From the NCBI GenBank assembly GCA_951406725.2, contig OX597817.1:169260001-169324000 (forward strand): a DNA stretch of 64,000 nt. Direction: 5' to 3'. Below the pieces are notes generated by a model that was not told the DNA's origin, did not search any database, and worked only from the letters and a program-made list of their open reading frames with translations. This DNA comes from Octopus vulgaris. Its lineage: Eukaryota. This document shows positions 49,905-63,825 of this stretch, piece after piece (within the stretch, counting starts at the first letter, position 1; the number at the start of each line of letters is the position of its first letter). Position numbers and translations under genes: made by a program.

Positions 49905-51045
49905 AAGTATCACCATTATAAGTATTTAAACACCAGTGAAATTAAGAAATCAAGTTGTAAATAAATGAAACCCTCGAATCCATCAATGTACACGCACACA
50001 CATACACACATACACACACACAGAATTGCATATGTATGTATGTATGTACTTTCGAGTGCTACTGGTAACATGTAACCCAGTACAACCTGTTGCATGGTCG
50101 GGTCATCGGCGACTAAACCGGCAACCCCACCAAGCTCGCTCGGTGAGGAGGGTGTTTATTGGACACCCTGCTGGATGAAAAACAAAACCCGTCAAAGGGC
50201 GGAGGAACTCTTAAGAGTCAACGGTCATCCAATAAATGTTTTAAGGGTGTATCATGCGCGGGGACATAGAAATAATCGGACTGAATACCCGATCGCGCGG
50301 TTAAACCATTGGGAGTGAAGGACTCCTAGCCTTTGTTAGGGCATCCTTCTAGGAGAAGGTAACTCTGGTAACTGGGATAACTCCGACATAAAACCTGCGG
50401 CTCAGTGGTTACCGATGATGTTGACTTGTTCTTCTTTTCAGATTATGGCTGCTGTTGCTTAGTGAGTGGGATTGACTCAGTGCACAGCCTTTCCTCACTT
50501 GACAAAATATCTTCTTGCACAGGCATTGCACGATAACAACATTGATTAAGCTTCGTGCAATGGTCATACTCGATAACGAGGGGGCAGCCACCATGTATGT
50601 ATGTATGTATGTATGTATGCATGTATGTATGTACCCACACGTGTTTATATGCATAGGTACATCATGGTCTATACATACACAGACGTGTATCGATTCATAT
50701 GAATAAGAAAGTGAACAAAATAATATGACCGCTTGCTTATCAGGAAATTTGTACGATCTAAAAAAATTTTCAATTTTTTTTTTTAAGTATCACCGTTATA
50801 GGTATTTATACTCCGGTGAAATTAAGAAATCAGGTCGTAAATAAACGAAACCGTCGAATCCATCACTGTATATACACACACACTAAGTCGCATATATATA
50901 TGTATGTATGTACCCACACGTTTGGGTGCATAGGTACACCATTATCTATGCACACGCAAACGAGGGTTGATTCATATGAAAAAATAAGTGAACAAAATAG
51001 TATGACCACTTGCTTATTGGGAAATTTGTAAGTTCAATTTTTTTT
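49905..51045. repeat. Diverged ~260-bp tandem dimer; the first unit is interrupted at 50049-50630
   Basis: AAGTATCACC...GAATCCATCA at 49905 and 50785; TACCCACACG...GGAAATTTGTA at 50632 and 50911. Confidence 0.8.
50049..50630 (+). mobile_element. Non-coding retroposon, probably an RTE 5'UTR joined to an RTE 3' end, with (ATGT)n tail
   Basis: GGGCATCCTTCTAGGAGAAGGTAACTCTG resembles RTE 5'UTRs; GC-rich hairpins; inserted into an ATGT tract. Confidence 0.55.
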
Positions 51046-52384
51046 TCAAAGATAACCAAACCAAATGTTCATCATTTCGAGCCACTCACCCAATGAGTAT
51101 TTCTACCAAATGTGCTGAAAATCCGTTCAGCCATTTTCCAGTAATTTTTTCAAACACAGACAAACAGATGGAGACTAGCGATTACAATACCCTGCTTGCA
51201 CTTACATGCATAGTGTAAAAGTAGAGCCTAAATAGAAACTACAATTTGTTTTGACAGCGATGTAGTATCCATTTGTCAAGTAACATCCAATCAGTTTGAC
51301 AAAAAAGTAGTGCCAATGTGATGGTGATGTACGATCTAGTATTAAATAAAACCCAAGAGCAATCCACCCACACTCCACTGAGGCTTTGTTACTCAGTGGA
51401 GTTACTCAGGCACACGGACTGAAATTTTCGACACCATTGTTTATTTCTTCGATCCTGAGAGGATGAAAGACAAAGTCGACCACGGCGGATGTTTAACTTA
51501 GAACGTGGAGGCGGACGAAATGCCCCTAAGTATTTTGTCCAGCGCGCTAATGATTCTGCCAGCTCGCCACCATGATGATGATGATGACGATGATGATGAT
51601 GAGAATAAAAAGAAGAAAGAAGATAAAAATGAAGAAAATAAAGGAGGAGGAGGAGAAGTGTTGAGGAAGGGAGGGAAGAATAGAGAATATATGGGTGTTC
51701 AATATGAAAGAATGCTGGTTGACTGCCCCGAAAAATTTCCAATAAAACTCATCAAAAAAAGAGAAAAGTAAAAGGAAAAAAGGAAAGAAAAAAGGAAAGA
51801 AAAAAACTGAATAAAAAAATAAAAAGAAAACGTTGAAGGATAATTGTGTAATTAATACTTGTAGAACAATATTGATCATTACCTCATATAATTAATGAAT
51901 TACGAACGTTCGCAGTGGCCGACAATCTGATACTATGTCTAAACAAACTATTGAGTCACAGTTCATATCAACACCAAGCCGATTCAGTTTCTCCACCGAA
52001 CAGATGCCAAATAATAGAAATAAAAACCACATTCGGCCCAGGTTGAATAGCAATGAAATATGTATTTGAATCTAATGAGGGAAGAAATACGGAAAATAGA
52101 GTGGGCGACATTCGTCACGGCCCAAACGAAATAAACCGACGCATTGAGAAAGTTATGACAGTTAAAGTAAAAGCTAGGCTTCGTGTTCTGGGTTCGCAAA
52201 TAGAACAGAAAATATACAAATGGACACAAGATGAACATGTTTCTATTGTTTATATGTTACAGCGATACTCTACACGAGGTGCTTCTTAAAATATTTGTTT
52301 AACTAGCACTCCTTTCTTTTAAACCAACACTTTTTCAATATTTCAGCAAACTTAAGTATACCATATATATTTGTAAGTTCAATT

Positions 52385-52556
52385 TTTTTCATTCTTTCCG
52401 TGTTTCTTTTCTGTGTATCTTTCTGTTGAAGAGCGTAGGCTCGAAACGTTAAAGACTTGTTTTATTTATATTTCCTGAGCGCCATACTAATACAATTGTT
52501 TGTTTGTATTCCACCTGCCTTCGTCTTTTGTTTATTTTCATAAAGCTTCCCGTTAT
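52385..52556 (+). mobile_element. Penelope-like pLTR fragment with a hammerhead-like variant (52418-52455)
   Basis: Homologous to 61865-62073. Confidence 0.6.
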
Positions 52557-52573
52557 ATATATATATATACATA

Positions 52574-53135
52574 CTTTTCTACTCTAGGCTCAAAGCACGA
52601 AAATTTTAGGGAGGTGAGCAGTCGATTAGATCGACCCAGTACGCAACTGGTACTTAATCTATCGACCCCGAAAGGATAAGTCGACCTCGGCGGAGTTTAA
52701 ACTCAGAACGTAGGGGCAGACGAAATACCTATTTCTTTACTACCCACAAGGGGCTAAACACAGAGAGGACAAACAAGGACAGACAAAGGGATTAAGTCGA
52801 TTATATCGACCTCAGTGCGTAACTGGTACTTATTTAATCGACCCCGAAAGGATGAAAGGCAAAGTCGACCTCGGCGGAATTTGAACTCACAACATAACGC
52901 AGACGAAATACCTATTTCTTTACTATCCACAAGGGGCTAAACACAGAGAGGACAAACAAACGGATTAAGTCGATTACATCGACCCCAGTGCGTAACTGGT
53001 ACTTAATTTATCGACCCCGAAAAGATGAAAGGCAAAGTCGACCTCGGCAGAATTTGAACTCAGAACGTAACGGCAGACGAAATACCGCTAAGCATTTAGC
53101 CCGGCGTGCTAACGTTTCTGCCAGCTCGCCGCCTT
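52574..53135 (-). mobile_element. Family B trimer with head
   Basis: Head at 53135; junctions GAAATACCTATTTC at ~52722 and ~52905. Confidence 0.88.
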
Positions 53136-53830
53136 CCAGATGTATATATAGACACAATAATGGCTGTGTGGATGAGAAATTCGCTTTGCAACCACGTAGT
53201 TTCGAGTTCAAACCCATCGTGCAGTACCCAGGACAAGATTATATCCACCCTCAGTGTTCGAATGGTACTTATTTTATTCGCCCCCTCCCCACCCCCGAAA
53301 GGACGAAGAGCAAAGTTGACCTGGACGGAATTTGATCTCAGAACGATTCTGCCACTTCCCCGCCTTAAAACAAAGAATACTAAATGAAATCACAACTAAC
53401 GAACACAAAGCAAATGAGACGGTAAATCACGTTTATAGACCCAGCACGTTAAAAAAAAACACATCAAAAAAACAAAGTAAATAACGAAAGAAAAAAAACT
53501 AAACCCTGGAACCCGAACAGAATGTTGACTAATAAAACCCAACAACACAAAGAAAAATATAAATAAAAGGAAATGTTAGGAAAATTGAAGAATAAGAAAT
53601 TCTAAAGACGAAGATCATGAATGTAGCAATATAACGATGGAATTAATTTTTAATAATTAAAAACAACAGATCTCCTTGTGCACCAACGAAAGTATATTCC
53701 AAGGATAAAACTGAAAGATAAAATAACACGTCAATTATAATACGCAAAGCTAGCTATTATACGCTCAGTGAAAACGGGTAGAGACATCAATACCACGTGG
53801 TTAAAACGGGAAAAATATTATGAAGTAGAT

Positions 53831-54040
53831 TCTGAAGTTACAAAGGAAAATATATTTCTTTACTAGCCACAAGGGGCTAAACACAGAGGGGACAAACAAG
53901 GACAGACATAGGTATTAAGTCGATTCCATCGACCCCAGTGCATAACTGGTACGTAATTTATCGACCCCGAAAGGATGAAAGGCAAAGTCGACCTCGGCGG
54001 AATTTGAACTCAGAACGTAACGGCAGACGAAATACGGCTA
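53831..54040 (-). mobile_element. Family B monomer
   Basis: Core homology. Confidence 0.85.
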
Positions 54041-54226
54041 CAAAGGAAAATAGGCAGTTTCTCAGATCTACTCATTTAGGTGTATCAAAAACCCAAGCAA
54101 ACAACACGAGAAACAAATTTGTAAGAACATAGAATATGAGAAAAAAAAATCATCTCTGAGTCTGTCATGAAATTAACGAAACGACATAGATGGAAAAGAG
54201 ACAGACAGATAGATAGATAGACAGAC

Positions 54227-54257
<31 letters not shown>

Positions 54258-54279
54258 TAGATAGATAGATAGATAGAGA

Positions 54280-54318
<39 letters not shown>

Positions 54319-54352
54319 TTACTACATAAATATATAATAAAAAAGAAGCATC

Positions 54353-54854
54353 CTATTTCTTTACTACCCACAAGGGGCTAAACACAGAAGGGACAAACAA
54401 GGACAGACATAGGTATTAAGTCGATTACATCGAACCCAGTTGCGTAACTGGTACTCATTTAATCGACCCTGAAAGGATGAAAGGCAAAGTCGATCTCGGC
54501 GGAATTTGAACTCAGAACGTAGCGGCTAAACACAGAGAGGACAAACAAAGACAAACAAACAGATTAAGTCGATTATATCGACACCAGTGTGTAACTGGTA
54601 CGTATTTAATCGAGCCCGAAAGGATGAAAGGCAAAGTCGATCTCTGCGGAATTTGAACTCAGAACGTAGCGGCTAAACACAGAGAGGACAAACAAAGACA
54701 AACAAACAGATTAAGTCGATTATATCGACACCAGTGTGTAACTGGTACGTATTTAATCGAGCCCGAAAGGATGAAAGGCAAAGTCGTCCTCGGCGGAATT
54801 TGAACTCAGAACGTAACGGCAGACGAAATACCGCTAAGCATTTCGCCCGGCGTG
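54353..54854 (-). mobile_element. Family B trimer with deleted junctions
   Basis: Junction CGTAGCGGCTAAACAC occurs twice (~54520, ~54666). Confidence 0.85.
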
Positions 54855-55399
54855 AAAAGAAGTATCCGAATTCACAGAATGGTTGAAAAAAGCGACCCTC
54901 ACTTAATTACAAGGAATCTGTCGGTATGAAATGCAACGGTGATCCTTTGAGAACATTTTTCAGTTTAACTCCAATCCAAAACGATTTTATATAGAACTAG
55001 ATAAAAGTAAAATAGAAATATGACCGCAAGTCCGCTGCCCTAACCACTGGGCCATTGCGCCTCCACGGTAGAGAAATACTAGGAAAGGTAACTGACAACG
55101 GGAAAAAATCATTGTGGATGTGAATGGTCAAAACAAGGAATACAACACCTGGACAACCGTGAGATGCAGCAACGAATAGGTAGTCCAATTATTGCAAGAA
55201 AGAGAAGGAAGGAGGGAGGAAGAGGAGAGAGAGAGAGAAAGAAAGAATGAAACAACCGGATATTGCAAAAAGCATATAACTGGAAGATACCGAGACGTGA
55301 TAAAATCCTAAACTTCTGGTTAAAACATTTGGCCGGAACACTTAAGTACTAGTAGAGATGTTTAATTAGATCTAGCTCACTAACAGGAAACCGTTTTAA

Positions 55400-56091
55400 G
55401 ACTCGAGAAACAGCGAATCCTAGACCTACAGACTTATTGCCTTCGTACAACCAACAAAATCTTAACTACAACGATATCAAAGAGAATAAATATATACATG
55501 GAGAGAAAAACAAAAAAAAAAAACCCACAACAACTTTTCTCCAGGAGAGCAGAAGTAATACTGCAAAGGATCAGCTAACTGTAAAGATAAATTGCTGATC
55601 AACAAAGCCATAAACAAAAGCAAAAATGGTTTGAGCATGATATAAATTGACAACCAGAAGAGCTTTGAGAGTGTTCTCTCACACGTTTCTCCAGGAAATA
55701 TTGGTAATGATTAGAATAACGCCAGCAATATGTAGATAAAATAAACATGTCCCAAGTAAATGCCAAATAATTTTACATATCCAATAAAATAGGAATTAGT
55801 TATTTAGATGAATATTGCAGAGTTTCTCTCTCCATTCCTTTTCTGCTTCATGTTATTATCTTTAACCATGTTAAACTAGACTGGAGTTGGATACAGATGC
55901 TATGGGATAAGGATCACCGTCTTTTGTATACGGACGACCTCAGTTGTACACTGCAGATGATAAACAAAACACTCCTGCAGAGAGTATATAGATTTATTAG
56001 GGGAATCAATTTGAAATTTAGATTGGAAAAATTCAACAAAGCAATCTTCAAAAGAGAGAGAGGGGGGGAGAGAAAGAGAGAGAGAGAGAGG

Positions 56092-56144
<53 letters not shown>

Positions 56145-57010
56145 TAATTAATGGTCTGAAATTTTTGTTAAGGACAGTGAATTTTAGAGGAGAGGCTTAG
56201 TCGATACAACAGAGGCTAGAACTTGACAAATACTTTATTATTTCTACGCCGGAGGATTGAAAGGTGAAGCTGATCCTTGTAGAATTCGAACTGAGAAAGT
56301 AATGAGTTGGAAGAAATACCGCTAGGCATCTTATCCAGCACTCAAACGATGATGTCTGCTTAGTCATGCAAGATAAAGAAAGTGAGATAAGAGAATTAAT
56401 TCAAGCGCAGACTAACAAATCAATGAGCTGGACGGAATACAACAAACACATAAATGAAAGAAAAAGTTACACAATAGACGTATTAGATTAAAATTTAAAA
56501 CCCGGGCTAAATCAAAAAATTAAGATAATAGGCATTAATATTGTAGCTTTTCTAGTAATAAATTGTAGTAATAATATTCTTAGAAGAACACTCAATGAAC
56601 TGGCAGCATCTGGCAAAAAAGAAAAATAATAACGACTGAATTTAGAATACACCACTTAAAATCTGGCATAGAAAAATATTTAGTGCAAATACAGTGTTGG
56701 AATAAGGGAATTATGTAACTAGAAAACTATCAGAAAATATTCACTGCAGAATGAGAACAATATCCAGCAAAGAGAAATTGTAAACTATAACAAATAGGTA
56801 CAAAATTTGAATAAGAAAACTTTTTTCTGTTTTCATGAAAGCCAACAAATAGAAAACAGAAGCTGAAATGAGAGACGAGTCGGAAGGGAAGAGAGGAAAG
56901 CTATAGGAAGTAGGAAAATGAGTTAAATGCCAGGGTAAAATGATGGTGAGAAAAGGTCCCTACATGGCCAACACTTGATAAAACTGAATAGGATGGAAAC
57001 ATAAAAAGAA
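55400..57010 (+). pseudogene. Decayed non-LTR reverse transcriptase (R4/Dong-like)
   Basis: YRLIA, EQK*YCKGSANCKDKLLINK, IDNQKSFESV, LSPFLFC, HRLLYTDDL, FRLEK in the expected order. Confidence 0.7.
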
Positions 57011-57025
57011 AAATTGCTAAACTAG

Positions 57026-57450
57026 TCGCAGGTGTGGCTGTGAGGTTAAGAAACTAAACTTGGGATCGTTTGGTACCACTGCATGACGCCCTGGTCAAGT
57101 GACTTCTGCAATAGACCCGAACCAACAAGTGCCTTGAGAGTGAATTTGGTAGGCGGAAACTGTGTACACACACACACGCACGCACGCACGCACGCACACA
57201 CACACATATATACATATATATTTCTTTACTACCCACAAGGGGCTAAACACAGAGAGGACAAACAAGGACAGACAAAGGGATTAAGTCGATTACATCGACC
57301 CCAGTACGCAACTGGTACTTAATTTATCGACTCCGAAAGGATGAAAGGCACAGTCGACCTCGGCGGAATTTGAACTCAGAACGTAACGGCAGACGAAATA
57401 CGGCCACGCATTTCGCCCGGCGTGCTAACGTTTCTACCAGCTCGCCGCCT
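57026..57450. mobile_element. Old family A head (+, 57026-57200) and family B monomer (-, 57218-57450)
   Basis: Homology to families A and B. Confidence 0.8.
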
Positions 57451-57859
57451 TTTTATATATACATATATGTTTGGTGGAGGCGCGTGACTTAGTAGTTAGC
57501 GTGTTTGACTCCTGATCGCAAAATCAAAAACAATAACAACTAAAGCTGAAGAACTGCAAAGACACCAACAATAGCAACTCAACAGTGAATCTCTCAAAGT
57601 TTTTCGAAGGGAGAAGGTGGTCTTAATAGTGTGTATACGCTCTTATAAAGGCAAGATTGTTTTCCTTAGGTTAAGGCCATCACAAAGAAAGCATAAACGT
57701 GTTGCTAACTCAGGAAACTTTTCCAAAATGACGTGGGAAATTAAAAAAATATATCAGACGAAAGGATTTTGGAAGGCTCTTTACAAAGGCCCCGAGAAGA
57801 CGACAGGAGTAAGTGACCTACTCTACTTTTTGTTTACTTTTCCTCCAATTTAAAGTTTA

Positions 57860-59100
57860 TTGAAAGTAGGCAGTATAAACGTGCATGGTCTGGGATCGAA
57901 TTGGGTTCAGGGACACCTGTTCAACAACTTCCGGTCAATGTGCCTGGATGTCGTAGCCATTAGCGAAACCAGGGCTTCCGAGACGAAATCGCTCGACCTC
58001 CTCCACGAAGGCTATAAGACTTACATTCCTTTCGATCTACTTGAATTGAGTGGTATAGCGGTGCTATTTTAGAAAAATTTAGAACTAGAGATAAATACAG
58101 TCTTCGTAGACTTGGATGGTAAGTCGGTGGTAGCAGTAAGGCCGGCGATTGGGCCATTAGACTAGTGGCTGTTTCCGCCTCGATTGTAGCGAGTAGGTCA
58201 GATTTCTTTCGACGTCTGGAGACAATCTCGCTTATTAGCGTTATTGGGCGACTGGAATAACATTTTGGACGCATGAAGGGATTATGCACATATAACCGAG
58301 AAGCGGGTGCAAAAGCTTTGCAAACCTTCTCAGACACTTCCAACTGTTAGAAAGATTTCACCTTGCTTTCCTGAACACGCTAATTTGGAATTGGTCGAAT
58401 TGCAGCGGGTTGTCCAGGTCGTATTTAGACAGAATTTTTATTTGGTTAACAGCGATGATTAGCACAAGTTATTCATCACAGTTTTTAATAGTTGGCTACT
58501 CTGACGATAAACTCGTCGCCTGTATATCAACTTAGAACAGACCAATAGACTTGTTTTCTGGAAGCTGAAAGCGTCCTTTCCGATGCTGAATTACCAAATT
58601 AGTTGAGCGGGAGTTGACGGCTGCCATTATCACGAAACAGGTGGAGGGTCATGCAAAGACAAAAATTAGAATAGCCTCGGTTAGATTTAGTAAAGAGATA
58701 GGTATAAAGAATAACAGAGTACAGAAACAGTTAACCATTTAGAAGAGGCTCAAGAAAGAAGTAACGCAAATGACGGTGAGAAGGCCCTTGACCATTTCTT
58801 CGACGTTAATCACGAAGAATACATTGGCCGTGCTAGGGTGCATGCGCTGAAACACGAGGGTACGAAAGCCTTTAGATGGACTCGGTTGGTGGAAGCGGAG
58901 CCTGACAACAAAAGTAGAATTCCTTCCGTGACAGACCATGATCGGCGGCGCATATTCTCCGATTTCGAACAGATGGGTACGGTTTTCCAGTAGCACTTTG
59001 CCGAAATGTTTTCGATGAGCAACGAACTAGAGACGAGAAGAAAAGCTTTGATGCCAAAGTTGACGGTTTTCTTCCTCTGTTGGAGAACTTGTCTTATTGT
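57860..59100 (+). pseudogene. Tx1/L1-type LINE APE endonuclease region, decayed
   Basis: VGSINVHGL, DVVAISETR, GDWN, WNWSN...SYLDRIF, SDDK, FWKL. Confidence 0.8.
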
Positions 59101-59211
59101 CATTCTTCAATGTTAAACGTAGTTCGGAGGTGAACTGACCAGACAAGGGATTTGATCTCAGACTGTGTATTAAAACCGAAACAATTACAGTGAGGTAGAG
59201 ACACATATTGA

Positions 59212-59420
59212 TTTCAAATTTTGGTACATGGCCAGCAATTTCGAGGGAGAGGTAAGTCTATTACATCGACCCCAGTGCTCAACTGGTACTCGTTTTATCG
59301 ATCCCGAAAGGATGAAAGGCAAAGTCGACATCGGCAGAATTTGAACTCAGAACATAAAGAGAGACGAAAGACCGCTAAGCATTTTGCCCAGTATGCTAAT
59401 GAGTTTGCTAGCTTTCCGTC
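59212..59420 (-). mobile_element. Older family B monomer
   Basis: Core homology. Confidence 0.78.
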
Positions 59421-59835
59421 TCAAAGAAGGCACATATTGGCCATAAAAAAAAATAAAGGAAACACACAAAGGCCGTTAATTTCATTTAAATCCAAGTTAA
59501 CCGACCCATACTGAACAACTGACCCATATACATGAAAAAATAAAAAACTTTGTAACCTTTTTATGCCGACCAAAAACCTCGCCATAAACCAGATATGCAT
59601 GGATCCGCATCGATGACCAAGTCGTAGTTGGTGCGACGAATGTTTTAACATCAAATAATAAATGTTTAAGTGAAGTTAACAATCATTGTGTATTTCTGAA
59701 TGGCTAATCTGCGTTTTCCACTCGGCAAGAGTTTATAATTAATGCTTTTTTACTCGATGTAAACTTCAGTTTTAATGTATTTACTTTTCATCCTTGTATT
59801 ATCTTCAATGCCTTGGGACCTTGTGACCAATAGAA

Positions 59836-59984
<149 letters not shown>

Positions 59985-61424
59985 CCCGTTAGCTTTATTA
60001 TCTCACTACACAATCGAGTGCAGCTGTGTGCCTTGAGTACATAAGGTTGTTTTTTCTTTATCGCTTTTGTATTTTTCTATTTGTATTGAAAAGAACTCTA
60101 CGTAATATGTGTGTGCATTGCTTTACACTGCTATTCCCATTGTTGTATATGCAAGAGCTCCGTTTGTGGTCATATATTTGCCTCCATCTCTTTCGATCAT
60201 TTCCAAAGCACGCATCAGTGAGTGGGATTCTTCGCTTTCAACGCCTATACTTCGGACATCTCTATTTTCAGGTCTTTTTTTCTTTGGATGGTTTCTCCGG
60301 GTCTTTTAGAGAGATATATTGTCGTCCTTTGCAAGTGATACTTAGAATAAGAGACTTTTATTTCCCTGATGCTCTTTGACGATTTGTTTTCATTTCAGTG
60401 TCTGAATGAATCAGCATGTGCCAGATTAACGTAGTTTTGCCATTCCCGGATAACACTTTGTGGTGTATGTTTTTATCATCTTCTTTCATTGGTGTTTCTT
60501 AATACAGATATATTTTCCAATGTATAAAAACTCCTAAACACACACACATACACATACAGAGGCGAACATAATAAGGACACCCTCAACACAACGTGATTGA
60601 TTGTTTCCTCATGGACTCCTTCCATTCTGTAGGGTAAGACTCTGGATGTATATCTCTCTCAGTCAATTTCTTTATTAACCACGAGGTTGAGAAAAAGAGG
60701 GGACGATACGAGGACAGACAAAACGAATATTGGGGTCAGGGTATCGAATGAGACGAAACGTATGAATAAACAAACAATTAAAATATATACAATTAAAAGA
60801 GAATGAGTGATTAACAAAAACTGAAGCAGAGGACGCGGTCGACCCCACAAACCACAGACTCACATTGAAGACTTTGCTTTCTCCTTTTTTATATTCTCGT
60901 TTAGACAGGTTCTTTCACTCGCAACATACTTGCTACAGACTTCCATCTTTTACGAAACACACTTTGCGACAGGCATTTCTTCTGCAGCCTTACTTTCCGT
61001 TTCATGTGGAAAACGAAAAAGTCGATTAGCTCGAGACCAGAAATGAACATGCCTGTTGCGGCGGCGGTGTTAACTCGTATCCGGGTAGACCTGTAGCCAG
61101 TGATTGAGCCTCTTCGTTTTCATGGGTGCAAAGGGTACCAGTGCTTGAAGTGGATGATCAAATCAAGGGCGGTAGAGAAGAGCCGGTGGGCATTTATCGC
61201 AGGGACGAGGAAGTGCGAATCGTTTTTTGCGCCTTCAACGTCTCATCGCTGTCCCTAGACGTTTGTTATTTTCCACCAGGTCTGTTCCCTCAACGATGAC
61301 CTGCCGCCACTTTGGACGGTCCTTGGGGATTGTTTCCCAGATATTTGGGTCAATGGAGCGGAGGGGAGCGGCCTTGAGTTGGACTCAAGATTATATATAT
61401 ATATACATACACAGCCTATCTTTT

Positions 61425-61607
61425 CTTTTATCTTTTGTTTCGAGGGTTCAGCCAAAGAAATCGACCCCCAGTACTTTGTTTAAAGCCTGGTACTTATTTT
61501 ATCAGTATCTTTTAACCGAAGCGCTAATGCAAGGGGACGTCAAGAGGTGGTGGGAGACAAACGCAAACACACGCACAAACACACACACACACACACACGC
61601 ACGCACG

Positions 61608-61648
<41 letters not shown>

Positions 61649-61830
61649 GCACACACACATACACACACACTCATATGACGGGCTTCTTTCAGTTTCCACC
61701 TACCAAATCCATTCACAAGGTTTTCAGTCTGCCCGGAACTATAGTTGAAAAACCTTGCCCTAAGTGTTACGAATTGAGACTGAACCCGGGACTCTGTGGT
61801 TAGGAAACAAACTTCTTACAACACAACCAC

Positions 61831-61832
<2 letters not shown>
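61425..61832 (-). mobile_element. Diverged SINE family A
   Basis: Homology to family A. Confidence 0.78.
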
Positions 61833-61864
<32 letters not shown>

Positions 61865-61868
<4 letters not shown>

Positions 61869-62073
61869 TTCTGTCCGAGTCAGTCGCCATGATAGATCGT
61901 TAGCCACTACACACATTTTTTTCTCTCCTTGTATTTTCTGTGTCCCTTTCTGTTGAAGAGCGTAGGCTCGAAACGTAAAAGACTTTTTCTATTCCTAAGT
62001 GTTATACTAATACATCTGTTTGTTTTGTACACCACCTGTCTTCGTCTTTTGTTTTTTTTCCGTAAACTCTCCC
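61865..62073 (+). mobile_element. Penelope-like pLTR fragment with a hammerhead-like variant (61946-61981)
   Basis: CTTT-CTGTTGA-A-GAGC(GTAG)GCTC-GAAA-CGTA-AAAG. Confidence 0.6.
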
Positions 62074-62322
62074 TTTCGAAACGTGGAGTAGATGAAACAA
62101 AGGCGACTGAAGAAGGGGAATTTTCCTAGTGTTATTTGTCCTGTACTCTATTTTTTCGTTGTTTAAGAAAAATGTCCATTTCCTTGGTTTTGTGTTTATG
62201 TTTTCGTTTCTCATTGTGTTCGACGTTTTTTTGGTGTCCTGTACCCATATATGCATGTATATATACATGTAGAGGTAGGTACGTACATATATGTATGTAT
62301 ATATGCATATATTTTATTTATT

Positions 62323-62377
<55 letters not shown>

Positions 62378-62501
62378 TGTGTGTGTGTATGTATGTGTGT
62401 GCGTGCTATTGTGTGTAGATAGATAGATAGATAGAGATTCACGTCTGTATTTACACACACATACACGTTATCATCACCATAATTTTACGTTCGTCTTTCA
62501 G

Positions 62502-62690
62502 ACCAGAAATGGTATAAAATCAGGGCTGTGCCCCTTGTTGCAGTCCTTTATCATCGGGCACCACACACAGCAACTAAGAGTATCGTCAGTTACTTCCGTG
62601 TTGACACTATTCGACCGATGGAGAGTGGAAACAATGGGTTCAACAATAGATATGCCTCTCCTATGAACATGGGTGATTTTAGTGTTACCG
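62502..62690 (+). CDS. Candidate internal coding exon (189 bp, phase 1-1) of an unidentified gene
   Basis: Acceptor TTCGTCTTTCAG and donor CCG|GTACAT; one open frame QKWYKIRAVPLVAVLYHRAPHTATKSIVSYFRVDTIRPMESGNNGFNNRYASPMNMGDFSVT; unique sequence between microsatellites. Confidence 0.5.
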
Positions 62691-62699
62691 GTACATATA

Positions 62700-62707
62700 C
62701 ACGTGTA

Positions 62708-62738
<31 letters not shown>

Positions 62739-63660
62739 ATGTATGTGTGTATGTGTGTATGTATGTATGTATGTATGTATGATGTATGTATGTATGTATG
62801 TATGTATGTGTGTATGTATGTATGTATGTATGATGTATGTATGTATGTGTGTATGTGTGTATGTATGTTTGTATGTATGTATGTATGTATGTATGTATGT
62901 TTGTATGTATGTATGTATGTATGTATGTATGTGTGTATGTATGTTTGTATGTATGTATGTATGTATGTATGTATGTATGTATGTATGTGTGTATGTATGT
63001 ATGTATGTATGTATGTATGTATGTATGTTTGTATGTATGTATGTATGTATGTATGTTTGTATGTATGTATGAATGCATGTATGTGTGTATGTATGTATGT
63101 ATGTATGTATGTATGTATGTATGTATGTATGTATGTATGAATGTATGTATGTGTGTATGTATGTGTGTGTGTATGTGTGTATGTATGTGTGTATGTATGT
63201 ATGTATGTATGTATGTATGTATGTATGTGTGTATGCATGTGTGTATGTATGTATGTATGAATGTATGTATGTGTGTATGTATGTATGTGTGTGTGTGTGT
63301 ATGTGTGTATGTATGTGTGTATGTATGTATGTATGTATGTGTGTATGTATGTATGTATGTATGCATGTATGTATGTATGTGTGTGTGTATGTGTGTATGT
63401 ATGTATGTGTGTATGTGTGTATGTATGTGTGTATGTATGTATGTATGTATGTATTATGTATGTATGTATGTATGTATGTATGTATGTATGTATGTGTGTA
63501 TGCATGTATGTATGTATGTATGTATGTATGTATGTATGTGTGTGTGTATGTGTGTATGTATGTGTCTATCTATCCATCCATCCATCCATCCATCCTTCTA
63601 TCTCTCTATCAAGCTAGCCATTTAAGTACCAGCCTGCCTGTCTGCTTATCAATCAGTCAG

Positions 63661-63710
<50 letters not shown>

Positions 63711-63719
63711 TGTCTATCT

Positions 63720-63801
<82 letters not shown>

Positions 63802-63825
63802 CATCCCTCTATCTATCTATCTACC
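62700..63825. repeat. Compound (GTCT)/(TATG)n/(ATCC)/(ATCA)/(ATCT)n microsatellites
   Basis: Directly visible. Confidence 0.95.

Noticed and set aside
50049-50180. HDV-like ribozyme at the 5' end of the RTE-like element
   Set aside because: A P1/P4-like pairing can be drawn, but no G at +1 or valid P3-L3 and P2 arrangement was found by eye.
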